From positions 7,043 through 71,042 of IMG/VR virus record IMGVR_UViG_3300004213_000422: 64,000 nt of DNA. One strand, 5' to 3'. Position 1 is the stretch's first letter, and each line of letters begins with the position of its first letter. This stretch comes from a virus (lineage: Duplodnaviria > Caudoviricetes). Of the stretch, positions 47,856 through 57,253 are shown piece after piece. The notes beneath the pieces were generated by a model that saw nothing but the letters and a program-made list of their open reading frames with translations, did not search any database and was not told where the DNA came from. Made by a program: the position numbers and the translations under genes.

Positions 47856-47856
47856 T

Positions 47857-47930
47857 GACCCCGTCGTCTAACGGTAAGGCACTGGACTGCAAATCCGGGA
47901 ACGGGGGTTCAAGTCCCTCCGGGGTCTCCA
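47857..47930 (+). tRNA. tRNA-Cys(GCA)
   Basis: GACCCCG...CTGGA-CTGCAAA-TCCGG...GGGGGTTCAAGTCCCTC-CGGGGTC-TCCA. Confidence 0.93.
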
Positions 47931-47951
47931 CCCAAAAGCAAAGGACAGAAC

Positions 47952-48224
47952 GTGTTCGGTCGCATCAAGGGACTGGGTACAGCGGCCATCATCGTGGTCG
48001 GCGGCTCCATGGCAGTGAACCTGATCCAGTGGATCGCCAACAGCGTCGTGGATATGTTCCTGATCCTGATCATCTTCGCCGTCTTCGCCGTTCGCGAGAC
48101 TATGTCGAAGATTCGGATCGGTAAGCTGGAGAGCCGGAACGCGGAACTGGAGCGCGACAACGCTGGCATGCGGGCCGTCTCCTCCTCCATGCCCGGTGTT
48201 CTCTCGCGGCTCAGGCAGGGGTGA
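47952..48224 (+). CDS. Two-TM membrane protein
   Basis: Two hydrophobic segments then coiled coil; AAGGA RBS. Confidence 0.55.
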   Translation: MFGRIKGLGTAAIIVVGGSMAVNLIQWIANSVVDMFLILIIFAVFAVRETMSKIRIGKLESRNAELERDNAGMRAVSSSMPGVLSRLRQG

Positions 48225-48232
48225 GGAACGGC

Positions 48233-48418
48233 ATGACGCGCCTCACTGGAGCCGAGAAGGTCGCGCGCTACCGGGAGCGGAAGGTTAAGAGCGGGCTCGT
48301 GGAGTTCCGCTTCTGGCTTCCGAAAGAGGGCGTCGAGGAAGTCAGGCGCTGCGCGGAGCGTGTGAAGAAGCGCCTGCTGAAGGCGAAGACGGGAGAGAGG
48401 GATCGTGACGGACCTTGA
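48233..48418 (+). CDS. Small basic protein, possible ribbon-helix-helix regulator
   Basis: AEKVARYRERK..SGLVEFRFWLP pattern. Confidence 0.5.
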   Translation: MTRLTGAEKVARYRERKVKSGLVEFRFWLPKEGVEEVRRCAERVKKRLLKAKTGERDRDGP

Positions 48419-48632
48419 GAAGTTCCCGGACGTCGTCATGCACGAGAAGGGCGAGCAAGTCAGGACCCTGATCGAAGTTGTGGCGGAAGCCATGTGGCAG
48501 GAGGAGAGCAGTCGCGTGGCGGGAAGGCGACGCAGGATTTCCTGGGAAAACGAGAACGATACGATCCGCTACAACTGGCGAAATCTGGCAACAGTGGCAG
48601 TTGCCACGGTGGAGGCGCATCGTGCCGAATAA
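48405..48632 (+). CDS. Hypothetical protein
   Basis: Overlapping operon ORF. Confidence 0.45.
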   Translation: MTDLEKFPDVVMHEKGEQVRTLIEVVAEAMWQEESSRVAGRRRRISWENENDTIRYNWRNLATVAVATVEAHRAE

Positions 48633-48972
48633 AGAGGAGAGCTACGACGCGGCGGGGATCAGCGGCATACTCTCCGCCTCCGTTCGCGAGGCTCGCGGGC
48701 AGACGGCCTGGGCCGCGAAGCACGGGGTCTCCGTCTCCTACCTCAACGACGTCATGAACGGCCGCCGCGCTCCCGGCGCCAAGATTCTGAACGCGCTGGG
48801 AGTCCAAAAGGTCGTGCGTTACGTCACACGACGTAATGCCGCCGGTCCGGAGACGGGCGACGAGGAGGCGGCCAAGGCGCGGCGCGAGGCCAACCGTGCC
48901 GCAGCCCGCATGCTGGCGCAGGAGATACGCGCCAAGCGTCCTGGCGCCAAGGGGAGTGACGGTGCGGGATGA
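48622..48972 (+). CDS. XRE-like HTH protein
   Basis: GQTAWAAKHGVSVSYLNDVMNGRRAPG. Confidence 0.7.
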   Translation: MPNKEESYDAAGISGILSASVREARGQTAWAAKHGVSVSYLNDVMNGRRAPGAKILNALGVQKVVRYVTRRNAAGPETGDEEAAKARREANRAAARMLAQEIRAKRPGAKGSDGAG

Positions 48973-49441
48973 CACGAAGGTCGTCCTCTCATGGCGGGAG
49001 CTACAGCTTGCCGCGATGGTCGGCGTCATGCGGCAGGTCGAGAACCTTCAGAAGCAGCGCGTGGACAAGCACAAGGCCGATCCCGCGCGAGAGTGGCAGA
49101 CGCATCTGGACGGGGCCATCGGTGAGGCGGCCGTCGCGAAGTGGTTGGACCGATACTGGAACGGCAACCTGGGCAACCTTGATGCCGACGACGTCGGGAA
49201 GTTTCAGGTTCGCTACACCTATCGGGATGACGGCCGCCTGATTCTCCACAAGGAAGACGGCGACGACAAGGTCTTCATCCTCGTGACCGGCATCCAGCCC
49301 GTGCTGCGGCTGCGGGGATGGATCAGGGGGAGAGACGGAAAGCTGCCGCAATACTGGACTGATCCCAAGACCGGACGCCCCGCATTTTTCGTCCCGCAAT
49401 CGGCGCTGAAGCCCATGAGGAGGAAGGAGGATAAGGGATGA
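48962..49441 (+). CDS. Hypothetical protein, possible PD-(D/E)XK nuclease fold
   Basis: GEAAV...ADDVGKFQVR spacing. Confidence 0.45.
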   Translation: MRDDTKVVLSWRELQLAAMVGVMRQVENLQKQRVDKHKADPAREWQTHLDGAIGEAAVAKWLDRYWNGNLGNLDADDVGKFQVRYTYRDDGRLILHKEDGDDKVFILVTGIQPVLRLRGWIRGRDGKLPQYWTDPKTGRPAFFVPQSALKPMRRKEDKG

Positions 49442-49614
49442 ACCGTCGCCACCTTTGGCGTATCAGCCAGCCGGGCAGAAAGTCTCGGCGTTGGTACTTT
49501 CCGCACCTGTCGTGGGTGCTGGACAATAACCGCTTCGTCCGCTCTCTTTCGCGGCGTCGCACGCTTAGCCGGGAGGCCTGAATCCTAACTTATCGAACAG
49601 GCGCGGCTGGCGGC

Positions 49615-52600
49615 ATGATGGCCGCCACCGCAATGGCGAGCTACTACACGCAAGCCGGCGTGGTGACAGAGCAGGACCACCTTCGGCTTGCCGAGTATTA
49701 CGGTCGCGGGCACGGGGCTGAGGAGGCGATCTCCGCCGGCCTTGGTTGCGTTCCGACCGCGCGCGTGGACATGGACCCGGAGCTTGCGGCTGCACTCGGC
49801 CTGAAGGCGGGCGCGGCCATCAGCGAGAAAGAGGTCGCGAATATCCTGGCGGGACTGCGCGCGGACGGCACGGCCCTGCCGGTGGCGCACGCGTCGGCAC
49901 GGCGGATGGGCGGCGAGAACGGGACCGGCCACCGCATCGCCTATGCGGACCTCTGCCTGTCGGCCCCGAAGGGCGCGAGCATTGCCTATGCGTTCGCGGA
50001 GACCAACGCGGAGAAGCATTCGATCCTCCAGGCCATCCGCGACGCGGAGCGCGAGACCCTGACCTACATCGAAGCCCAGGTGGGGCGGGCGAACCGGGGC
50101 GGCGGGCGCAGTGGCGCTGAGGAGTCCGCCCGCATGGGGTGGATCGGCTTCACGCACTTCACGTCGCGACCGACCGTGGAACTGGTCAATGCCGCCGGGG
50201 ACACGGAGCTTCATCATGTGCCGGTCGCTGGCGACATGAACATCCACACCCACTACATCGTCCCGAACCTCGTGCGCACGGAAAGCGGGCGGCTGGTGGC
50301 GATGAACCGCGACCTCATGGACCACCGCATCAAGGAGTTCGGCGCGGTCTATCAGGCCTTCGTGTCACGCAACCTCCGGGCCATCGGGATCGACGTGGGC
50401 CTGGACGAGAAGAAGCGGCTGGCCTTCCTGCCGGCGATCCCGGAGCACGTCGTGAAGGCCTTCTCCCGCCGCTCCAGCGAGGGCGAGGAGGGGGCCCGCA
50501 TGTTCGCTGCATCGGAGGGGAAGGACTGGGACGCGCTGGACCCCGCCGCCCGCAGCGCCTTCATCAAGACCGCGACCCAGTCCGCCCGGCTGGCCAAGGG
50601 GACCGCCCCTGGCGACGGCGGCATGGCGGAGTGGCGGCGGCGCGCGGAGGCGCTGGGCTGGAAGCACAGGACCGCCATCACCCTGCCCCGCCACGGCCTG
50701 CCGGAGCCGTCCAGGGAGGCGCGAATGCAGGCCTCCTCCAGGGTGGCCCAGGGGGTGCTGGCGGAGGAGCTTGAGCAGCGCGCGGTGGTCTGGGGATCGG
50801 ACGCCCGGCACGCGGCGGCGGTCGGCCTGATCGCGGGTGGGATCGAGAGCGCGCGCGACATCGACGCCATCACCCGCGACATGCGGGAGAACGGCGTCCA
50901 CCACCACGGCCAGCAGACGACGGTGATCTGGCGCGAGTTCAAGCCGGGCAAGACGAAGCTGACCACAGCCCTGCACGAGAGCCAGGAGCGGGAGCTTATC
51001 GCCCTGGTGCGGGAGGCGCGGGAGGATCGGGCGGCGGACCTGCCCCAGGCTGCCCTGGAGGCGGCTGTGGGGCACCTGAGCGTCAAGGGAGGGGTGGACT
51101 TCACCAGCGCCCATGGGCAGGCCCAGAAGGCTTCTGCGGGCGTCCTGGCGGCCTCTGGGCGGTGGGGGCTGATGCTGGGCTCCGCTGGGGTGGGCAAGAC
51201 GTCCCTGGCGGCTCCCCTGGTGGCTGCGCGGCTGGATGCCGGGTGGGAGGTTTGGGGAGCGGCGCTCTCCTGGCGGCAGGCGAGGGCGCTGCGAGACACG
51301 GGGATCGAGGCCGGGAACCTCCGGGCCCTCCAGCCCTTCCTGCGTGCGGTGCAGGAGGGGCGCGTGGTCCTGGGCCCGAAGTCGGAGGTCTGGCTGGACG
51401 AGGTCTCCCAGGTCGGCACCCATCAGCTTCTCACCCTGGCGCGGCTCCAGAAGCAGCACGGCTTCAGCGTCCGCATCCTGGGCGACGACAAGCAGGCGCA
51501 GAGCATTGAAGCCGGGCCGGTGATCGAACTGATGCGCCGCGCCCTGGGCGAGGAGGCCATCCCCTCCATCCACACGACGATACGTCAAGCGACGGAAAGG
51601 GAGCGGGAGATCGCCGGCCTGTTCCGAGAGGGCAAGGCGGCGGAGGCCCTGAAGCTGAAGCTGGAGGACGGCACGGCCGCGATGGTGCCGGGCGGTTACG
51701 GCGAGGCGGTGGCGGCGGTGGCGCAGCGCTGGGCGGAGCGGACGGCGGCCATGGCCGGCATGTCGCGCTGGAGCATCACGGTCTCGGCGCCGACGAATGC
51801 GGCGGCCCACGACGTCTCCTCCGCCATCCGGGCGGCCAAGATCGCGCGGGGCGACATCCAGGCGCTGGGGGAGCGGCGGGTGGAGGCGGCGGACGCGCAG
51901 GGGGATGTGCGGACCCTCACCCTGGCGCCGGGCGACCGCGTGCGGCTGTTCGCCCGGACGCGGGGCGTGTTCGAGGGCGAGGATGGTCGGAAGCACTCCG
52001 CCGTGGTGGGCGACAACGGCAGCGTTCTGGAGGTCCGGCGGGCGGGCGGCGACGGGCTGGTCCTCCGGACGGACGCCGGCAAGCAGGCATTCGTCTCGTG
52101 GGACGCGCTCCGGCCACGCGAGGGCGGTGCGATCCGTCTGGCCTACGGCGACTGTCTGACCATCGACAGTGCCCAGGGCATCACCAGCGATGAGCACATC
52201 ATGGCCCTGCCCGCCGGCTCCAGGCAGGTCCAGGGCTTCAAGGCCTATGTGGCAGCCTCGCGCCACCGGGCGCACTCCTGGCTGATCACCAGCGAGGGGG
52301 CGGAGCTACGCGAGGTCGTGGAGCGGCGGCCGGCTGGAGTGGAGGAGGAACCCAGCAAGGCGGACCTCTGGGCCAACGTCTCGCGCAACCTGAGCAAGCA
52401 AGACCTGAAGGAGTCCGCCATCGGCTTCCTTGAGCAAGCGGCCAAGCAGGCGAACGCAGCGGCGCACACGCTCCAGGCTGCGGCCAGGGTGAAGGAGTCC
52501 TTTCGTGGCGTGACCAAGGCGGCGCGGCAAAGGGTTGTGGCGCGGCAGATCGCGCGGCACATTGAGCGCGTGGCGGACACATTGGGAGAGCGCGTGAGCC

Positions 52601-53643
52601 AGACAGCGGAGCGTCCCCGGATGACCAAGCGGTACGAGGTCAGCGAGAGCGAGGCCCAGGTCCAGTTCATGGATGCCGCGCGCGCCTTCGGTCTCCGGCC
52701 AAAGTCCATCATCATGGATGGCGAATACCATAGCGCTCCCCTGGAGGGTCAGAAGGGAAAGCAGTCCGGCGGCTACCGGGCGATGCTGGAGGGCATCCGC
52801 CCCACGATCATCCTCTTCAACCAGAAGACGAAAGAGAAGGCGACCTTCAGCGCGAACGGCGAGATCAAGGCTGTGTCGCCGGAGGAAGCTGCGGCGGCGC
52901 GCGCGAGGGCGGAAGAGAGCGCGCGGGCCGTGGAGCAGAAGCGTATCGAGAAGGAAGCCGATGGCGCCGCCCGCGCCGCAGCCTTGTGGCAGGGTGGCCG
53001 CCCGGCGGACCCGCAGCACCCGTATCTGGTGAAGAAGGCTGTGGAGCCGCACGGGCTGCGCCAGGACACCTACAAAGGGCAGGAGCGATTGCTGGTCCCG
53101 CTCCGCGACATCAGCGGCAAGCTATGGAACGTCCAGACCATCGAGCCTGACGGGACGAAGCTGTATCTGGCCGGCGCCCGGAAGCAGGGGGTCTATTACA
53201 CCCTGGGGGCACCGCATCGCATGGGCGAGCCGGTCGGCATCGCGGAGGGCTTCGCCACCGCCGCCACGATCCGGCAGGCCACCGGCATGACCGTCGTGGT
53301 GGCGCTGGACTCAGGCAACCTGCCCGTGGTCGCCAACGCCCTCCACAAGCGCGAGCCGGCCCGGCCGCTGGTGGTCTTCGCGGACAACGACGGCTCGCTT
53401 CCGCTCCGCACTCCGCCCCTGCCAAACGTGGGTCTGGAGAAGGCCCAGGAGGCGGCGCAGGATGTCGGCGGGAAGGTCGTGGCGCCTCCGTTCAATCCGG
53501 AGTGGAAGGACACGGACTGGAACGACCACCATGCCCGCCACGGCCTGGAGAAGACGAAGCTGGCGCTCCGGGCAGCTTGGCGCGAGAGTGAGGCCGCGCG
53601 ACCTGCGCAGAAGCCGGCACAGAAACCTGGGATGAGGATGTGA
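49615..53643 (+). CDS. MOBF (TrwC-type) relaxase fused to RecD-like helicase and C-terminal Toprim primase
   Basis: YY pairs; DLCLSAPKGAS; DMNIHTH; GSAGVGKT, LDEVSQ, GDDKQ, TIDSAQG; HPYL, LLVPLRD, IAEGFATA, FADND, TDWND. Confidence 0.92.
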   Translation: MMAATAMASYYTQAGVVTEQDHLRLAEYYGRGHGAEEAISAGLGCVPTARVDMDPELAAALGLKAGAAISEKEVANILAGLRADGTALPVAHASARRMGGENGTGHRIAYADLCLSAPKGASIAYAFAETNAEKHSILQAIRDAERETLTYIEAQVGRANRGGGRSGAEESARMGWIGFTHFTSRPTVELVNAAGDTELHHVPVAGDMNIHTHYIVPNLVRTESGRLVAMNRDLMDHRIKEFGAVYQAFVSRNLRAIGIDVGLDEKKRLAFLPAIPEHVVKAFSRRSSEGEEGARMFAASEGKDWDALDPAARSAFIKTATQSARLAKGTAPGDGGMAEWRRRAEALGWKHRTAITLPRHGLPEPSREARMQASSRVAQGVLAEELEQRAVVWGSDARHAAAVGLIAGGIESARDIDAITRDMRENGVHHHGQQTTVIWREFKPGKTKLTTALHESQERELIALVREAREDRAADLPQAALEAAVGHLSVKGGVDFTSAHGQAQKASAGVLAASGRWGLMLGSAGVGKTSLAAPLVAARLDAGWEVWGAALSWRQARALRDTGIEAGNLRALQPFLRAVQEGRVVLGPKSEVWLDEVSQVGTHQLLTLARLQKQHGFSVRILGDDKQAQSIEAGPVIELMRRALGEEAIPSIHTTIRQATEREREIAGLFREGKAAEALKLKLEDGTAAMVPGGYGEAVAAVAQRWAERTAAMAGMSRWSITVSAPTNAAAHDVSSAIRAAKIARGDIQALGERRVEAADAQGDVRTLTLAPGDRVRLFARTRGVFEGEDGRKHSAVVGDNGSVLEVRRAGGDGLVLRTDAGKQAFVSWDALRPREGGAIRLAYGDCLTIDSAQGITSDEHIMALPAGSRQVQGFKAYVAASRHRAHSWLITSEGAELREVVERRPAGVEEEPSKADLWANVSRNLSKQDLKESAIGFLEQAAKQANAAAHTLQAAARVKESFRGVTKAARQRVVARQIARHIERVADTLGERVSQTAERPRMTKRYEVSESEAQVQFMDAARAFGLRPKSIIMDGEYHSAPLEGQKGKQSGGYRAMLEGIRPTIILFNQKTKEKATFSANGEIKAVSPEEAAAARARAEESARAVEQKRIEKEADGAARAAALWQGGRPADPQHPYLVKKAVEPHGLRQDTYKGQERLLVPLRDISGKLWNVQTIEPDGTKLYLAGARKQGVYYTLGAPHRMGEPVGIAEGFATAATIRQATGMTVVVALDSGNLPVVANALHKREPARPLVVFADNDGSLPLRTPPLPNVGLEKAQEAAQDVGGKVVAPPFNPEWKDTDWNDHHARHGLEKTKLALRAAWRESEAARPAQKPAQKPGMRM

Positions 53644-53831
53644 CCATGGACAAGGAAGTCCGGGCAGTGAAGCGGAAGGTGGAAGCGAAGGCGGCCCAGT
53701 TCTGGGAACGCACCGCTGAGTCGGCGCGCATCGCTCGCGCCTCCGCCCCGCGACAGAACCCGCCGCGTGCGGCTCAGGCTCCGGATGGGGCCCGTCAGCG
53801 CCAGCGCAACGCTCCGGCGATGCAGGCATGA
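53640..53831 (+). CDS. Small basic hypothetical protein
   Basis: Overlaps the relaxase stop. Confidence 0.45.
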   Translation: MTMDKEVRAVKRKVEAKAAQFWERTAESARIARASAPRQNPPRAAQAPDGARQRQRNAPAMQA

Positions 53832-54214
53832 AGGAGCATCCCTACGGGCCCGGCCGCCTCCGGTTCCGCAGCAACGGGACATTCAACGACGGCCATCTGG
53901 AAGCCCTCCAGGCGGACGGGTCGTGGCTCCGGCTGCGAGGCGTCCTGAAGATCGCGGAGCTACGCATAGGGGTGGGTGAACTACCGATCCTGAAGGCGGA
54001 GTTCACCATGGTCGAAGTGGACGTGGAGGTTCTGACCGAGAACGTCACCTTCAACCAGCTTCCGCCGGAAAGGCTGTCGGACGACGAGGAGCAGATGCTG
54101 GCCGCATACCGCAGCCACCTTCGCGACCGTCCTCTCACGGAGGAGCAGGAGGCCTTCCTGAAGCGGCACAAGGAAGGCCTGGAGGAGCTTGATCGAGAGG
54201 GCTCCGCTGGTTAG
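53828..54214 (+). CDS. Hypothetical protein
   Basis: ATGA overlap. Confidence 0.55.
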   Translation: MKEHPYGPGRLRFRSNGTFNDGHLEALQADGSWLRLRGVLKIAELRIGVGELPILKAEFTMVEVDVEVLTENVTFNQLPPERLSDDEEQMLAAYRSHLRDRPLTEEQEAFLKRHKEGLEELDREGSAG

Positions 54215-54374
54215 TATGCGCGGGCTGCGGCGTTGGGGACGGACCCATCCATCCAAAGCGCCAGTGATGGAGTGACGAAGAGGCGGGGAGATAAGCGGGA
54301 TTCGCTGGCGTGGTCCCGGTAATCAGTGATCCGACCTCATGTCGAGCCGGTGTCGAGCCCGGTCCGCAGCACAA

Positions 54375-54449
54375 GTGGGGCTAAGATAGCGGTAGTCGGC
54401 CGGTCTCCAAAACCGTGCAGTCGTGGTTCGAATCCACGGTCCCGCGCCA
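54375..54449 (+). tRNA. tRNA-Trp(CCA)
   Basis: GTGGGGC...CGGT-CTCCAAA-ACCG...CGTGGTTCGAATCCACG-GTCCCGC-GCCA; weak D stem. Confidence 0.85.
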
Positions 54450-54491
54450 AGTTCGATCTGTAGGGGCCTCCGGGCGGTGCGCCCCGCAGCA

Positions 54492-54538
54492 GAAGGCCCG
54501 GCTGGTGAGGGCACATCCTCATAACCAGCCGGGCCTTC
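54492..54538. terminator. Strong hairpin between convergent units
   Basis: 15-bp perfect arms GAAGGCCCGGCTGGT / ACCAGCCGGGCCTTC. Confidence 0.65.
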
Positions 54539-54544
54539 GGTCTT

Positions 54545-54688
54545 TTAGGCAGTCGGCGTCGTGGCCGAACCCTTGATCTTCTCCCAGAGCAGACGCCAGA
54601 AGTTCAGGATGGCGCGGCTGATCCAGGGGGTCGGGAAGATGACGGCGATGCAGTAGCCGACCACGATCCAGAAAATGACGTCGAGCAT
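54545..54688 (-). CDS. Small membrane protein
   Basis: MLDVIFWIVVGYCIAVIFP; GGAGG RBS. Confidence 0.55.
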   Translation of the reverse strand: MLDVIFWIVVGYCIAVIFPTPWISRAILNFWRLLWEKIKGSATTPTA

Positions 54689-54744
54689 CTGATCCTCCAA
54701 AGGGTTGAGGCGACCTTGTATGCCACAACCCTTTGGGGTGCCAT

Positions 54745-55131
54745 TCACATGAACAGCGTGCCGACCCAGCCGATCAGAAGCGTGAGGGTCACAACGAGGA
54801 AGGCAACGCCCATGCTGGCCCAGGGTCCGCGATCATCCTTCGATACTGGTGCGACACGGTAGCGAAGGACGTTCAGCAGGACGATCACGCCGAACAGCAC
54901 CATGATGCCTGGATTGGGCACTCCGAAGCCGGGCACGACATACCAAGCCCAGAGCTTGGACGCGACCCACGCCCGGAACAGCAGAATGGGGAGCGACACC
55001 AGCACCAAGAGCGCCGGCACGAGGAAGACCGCAGCGGCCCCCGCGCCCATCGCCAGCTTTTCGTCGGTCGTCATGTTTTCGTCTTTAGCCAAGTCCGTTC
55101 TCCTGTTGTGTTGGTGGTTCATTGTGCTCAC
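54745..55131 (-). CDS. Three-TM membrane protein
   Basis: Hydrophobic segments; start uncertain. Confidence 0.6.
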   Translation of the reverse strand: MSTMNHQHNRRTDLAKDENMTTDEKLAMGAGAAAVFLVPALLVLVSLPILLFRAWVASKLWAWYVVPGFGVPNPGIMVLFGVIVLLNVLRYRVAPVSKDDRGPWASMGVAFLVVTLTLLIGWVGTLFM

Positions 55132-55616
55132 GCGCCGCCGGCCGCGTCAGCCCAGACCGTCTTGGTCTGGCGGCGGGGCGGATTGGTGCGGCAGGCCATG
55201 AAGTAGAGGCCAGCCGAATAGGTGAAGTTCTCCGCCGTGAGCAGGTAGTCGATGACATCGAAGGCGATGCCGCCGAAGATCAGAAGAAGAATGTTTAGCG
55301 CAAAGAATGCCAGGAACAGCGTTGTCAGCAAGGGCCGTAGCATCCGGTGCATGACCCTGGCGACCGGAACCATTCCTTCTGACGGAGACGGCGTCGCGTA
55401 GATAACATGAAGCACGCAGGATAGGAAAACGGCTTGGGCGAAAGCCATCAACCCGGTCAGGCCGTCATGCGCGTATCTGTAGTAGACCTCCATGATCGTG
55501 AAGACCACAGTGCCAACACAGAGAAAGCGACCAATGGAATCCGGCGTCCTCCACCACGCCAACCTATCGGCCACTGGCTGCGCCACATGGTCGATGATCC
55601 AATCATCCATCCTCAT
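55128..55616 (-). CDS. Multi-TM membrane protein
   Basis: Hydrophobic segments; coupled ORF. Confidence 0.6.
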   Translation of the reverse strand: MRMDDWIIDHVAQPVADRLAWWRTPDSIGRFLCVGTVVFTIMEVYYRYAHDGLTGLMAFAQAVFLSCVLHVIYATPSPSEGMVPVARVMHRMLRPLLTTLFLAFFALNILLLIFGGIAFDVIDYLLTAENFTYSAGLYFMACRTNPPRRQTKTVWADAAGGA

Positions 55617-55625
55617 GTCACACCC

Positions 55626-56318
55626 TCACGATACTGCGCAGCCACGACGGACCAGCGTATCATCGCTGTCCAGCGCCACATGCTGCACGATGCGGCGCAC
55701 GCCATCGGCTTGCAGCGCGATGACCTCCACCGATGCCCGGTAGACGGCAGACGTGCCATCTGGAAGCGGCGTCGTGCCACGGACCAACGGGTCGTTCCAC
55801 TGGTTGTGGAAGTAGCAGGTCACGACGACAGCCGTGTTGTTGTCCTCCAGCACACGCACCCGGCTGCGGGTAGCGTAGAAGCCGGAGAGAAGGAAGGCGC
55901 GGCCCTCGCAGGCCTGGGCAAGCTGGCCCTTGGTGCGGGTCGCGAAGCCGCCCCTGCCATCCTCCGTGACGTTCCGGCGCCCCTCCAGATGGATGAAGTC
56001 GTCGGACAGGTAGGTCAGCATCCGGGCGCAGTGCTCCCGCCTGACGTCGTCCGGCAGGTTCATGCCGGCGACCATGGCGTCCACCCGCTTCAGGTAGACC
56101 AGCAGGGATTCGCGAGCGATCTTCTCGCGCGCCGCCGCGACCTCTGCGGTCTCGCCCGGCGGTGCCATGCGCGAGTAGGCGCGAGCCGCCACCGGATAGA
56201 AGGTCTGGCTTAATTCCGGGTCCAGGCCGGCGCCTGGGATGGCCCCCCACATGGGGCCCGGTTCCGCCGCCTGGACGGCTAAGGGCGCGGCGACGAAGGC
56301 GGCCAGGAGGAGCCGCAT
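55626..56318 (-). CDS. Secreted hypothetical protein
   Basis: Signal-peptide-like MRLLLAAFVAAPLAVQA. Confidence 0.55.
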   Translation of the reverse strand: MRLLLAAFVAAPLAVQAAEPGPMWGAIPGAGLDPELSQTFYPVAARAYSRMAPPGETAEVAAAREKIARESLLVYLKRVDAMVAGMNLPDDVRREHCARMLTYLSDDFIHLEGRRNVTEDGRGGFATRTKGQLAQACEGRAFLLSGFYATRSRVRVLEDNNTAVVVTCYFHNQWNDPLVRGTTPLPDGTSAVYRASVEVIALQADGVRRIVQHVALDSDDTLVRRGCAVS

Positions 56319-56329
56319 GCGGAGCCCTT

Positions 56330-56929
56330 TCACGCACGCCTCCGCACGGCAGCCAGTCCAAGCAGCCCCAGCCCGAACAGCGCGGCGGAGGCAGGCTCTG
56401 GCACCGTCGTGACGGTGGACATGCTGGTGCCACCGGAGACCTCGCAGCGGGCCCAGAAGCATCCGGTCTGGCCCATGTCGCTGCCCATGCTGCCGCTAAA
56501 CCCCAGGCCGCCGAAGGTCAGGAAGAAGTCGGTCTCGGAGTCGTTGATCGAAGCCTCCCCGGTCAGGCCGGCGCCGTCGCCGCTCAGCTTGAAGCCGAAG
56601 CGGTCGATGCTGCTGGCGCCGTCCAGGCGCGCGAGGTCGAAGCTGCGGAAGGTCTCGCCATCCAGCAGGATCGTGAAGCTGATCTCGGAAAGCCAGGGGA
56701 TGTCCCGGACGGGCATGCCACCGGCACCGGAGTAGTAGTCCAGCGAGAAGCCGGACGCGGCGCCGTCCTCCAGGGCGATGCGCCCCAGAATGGAGACGCG
56801 GCCTGGGCCAGGATCACCCGGCCCTGCCCAGCCTGTGGAGGGGCCTTCCTGGGCGAACTGGTAGATGATGCCGGCTGAGGCTGGCGGGGCGGCCAGCAAG
56901 GCTGCGGCGAGGGCGAGAGAGCGGATCAT
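56330..56929 (-). CDS. PEP-CTERM (exosortase-target) surface protein
   Basis: Signal peptide; C-terminal VPEPASAALFGLGLLGLAAVRRRA. Confidence 0.9.
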   Translation of the reverse strand: MIRSLALAAALLAAPPASAGIIYQFAQEGPSTGWAGPGDPGPGRVSILGRIALEDGAASGFSLDYYSGAGGMPVRDIPWLSEISFTILLDGETFRSFDLARLDGASSIDRFGFKLSGDGAGLTGEASINDSETDFFLTFGGLGFSGSMGSDMGQTGCFWARCEVSGGTSMSTVTTVPEPASAALFGLGLLGLAAVRRRA

Positions 56930-56930
56930 G

Positions 56931-57221
56931 TCAGTTCCCTTCAGGAGCTTCGGTGGTGTCCACGGTCAACACGCCACCGTCCGGCGCCGGCTGTTCCGGG
57001 GTTCCTCCAAGGTGACTGGACAGGCTGGCGATCAATTCCTCGCCGTTGGCAAGGACGTGGCGGATCAGGGCGACGCTAGTCTCTGCCTGACCAGCCTGCC
57101 GCTTCTGGAACAGAGACAGGCTCTTGGAGTCATTGCTCGCCACATCAAAATCATCCACCGCATCCGAACTGTCTTGTGCTTCACGAAGAAGATGGAAGAA
57201 CTCGGAAAGACGGTTGTCCAT
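56931..57221 (-). CDS. Hypothetical protein
   Basis: GGAGG RBS, coupled ORF. Confidence 0.5.
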   Translation of the reverse strand: MDNRLSEFFHLLREAQDSSDAVDDFDVASNDSKSLSLFQKRQAGQAETSVALIRHVLANGEELIASLSSHLGGTPEQPAPDGGVLTVDTTEAPEGN

Positions 57222-57253
57222 TCAGACCTCCTGTTGTGTTGTTGCTGGGCTTG

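Noticed and set aside
49520-49614. nic site immediately upstream of the relaxase
   Set aside because: No convincing match to MOBF nic sequences I know and no clear inverted repeat
50365-52275. 636-aa and 355-aa minus-strand ORFs
   Set aside because: Antisense shadows of the relaxase
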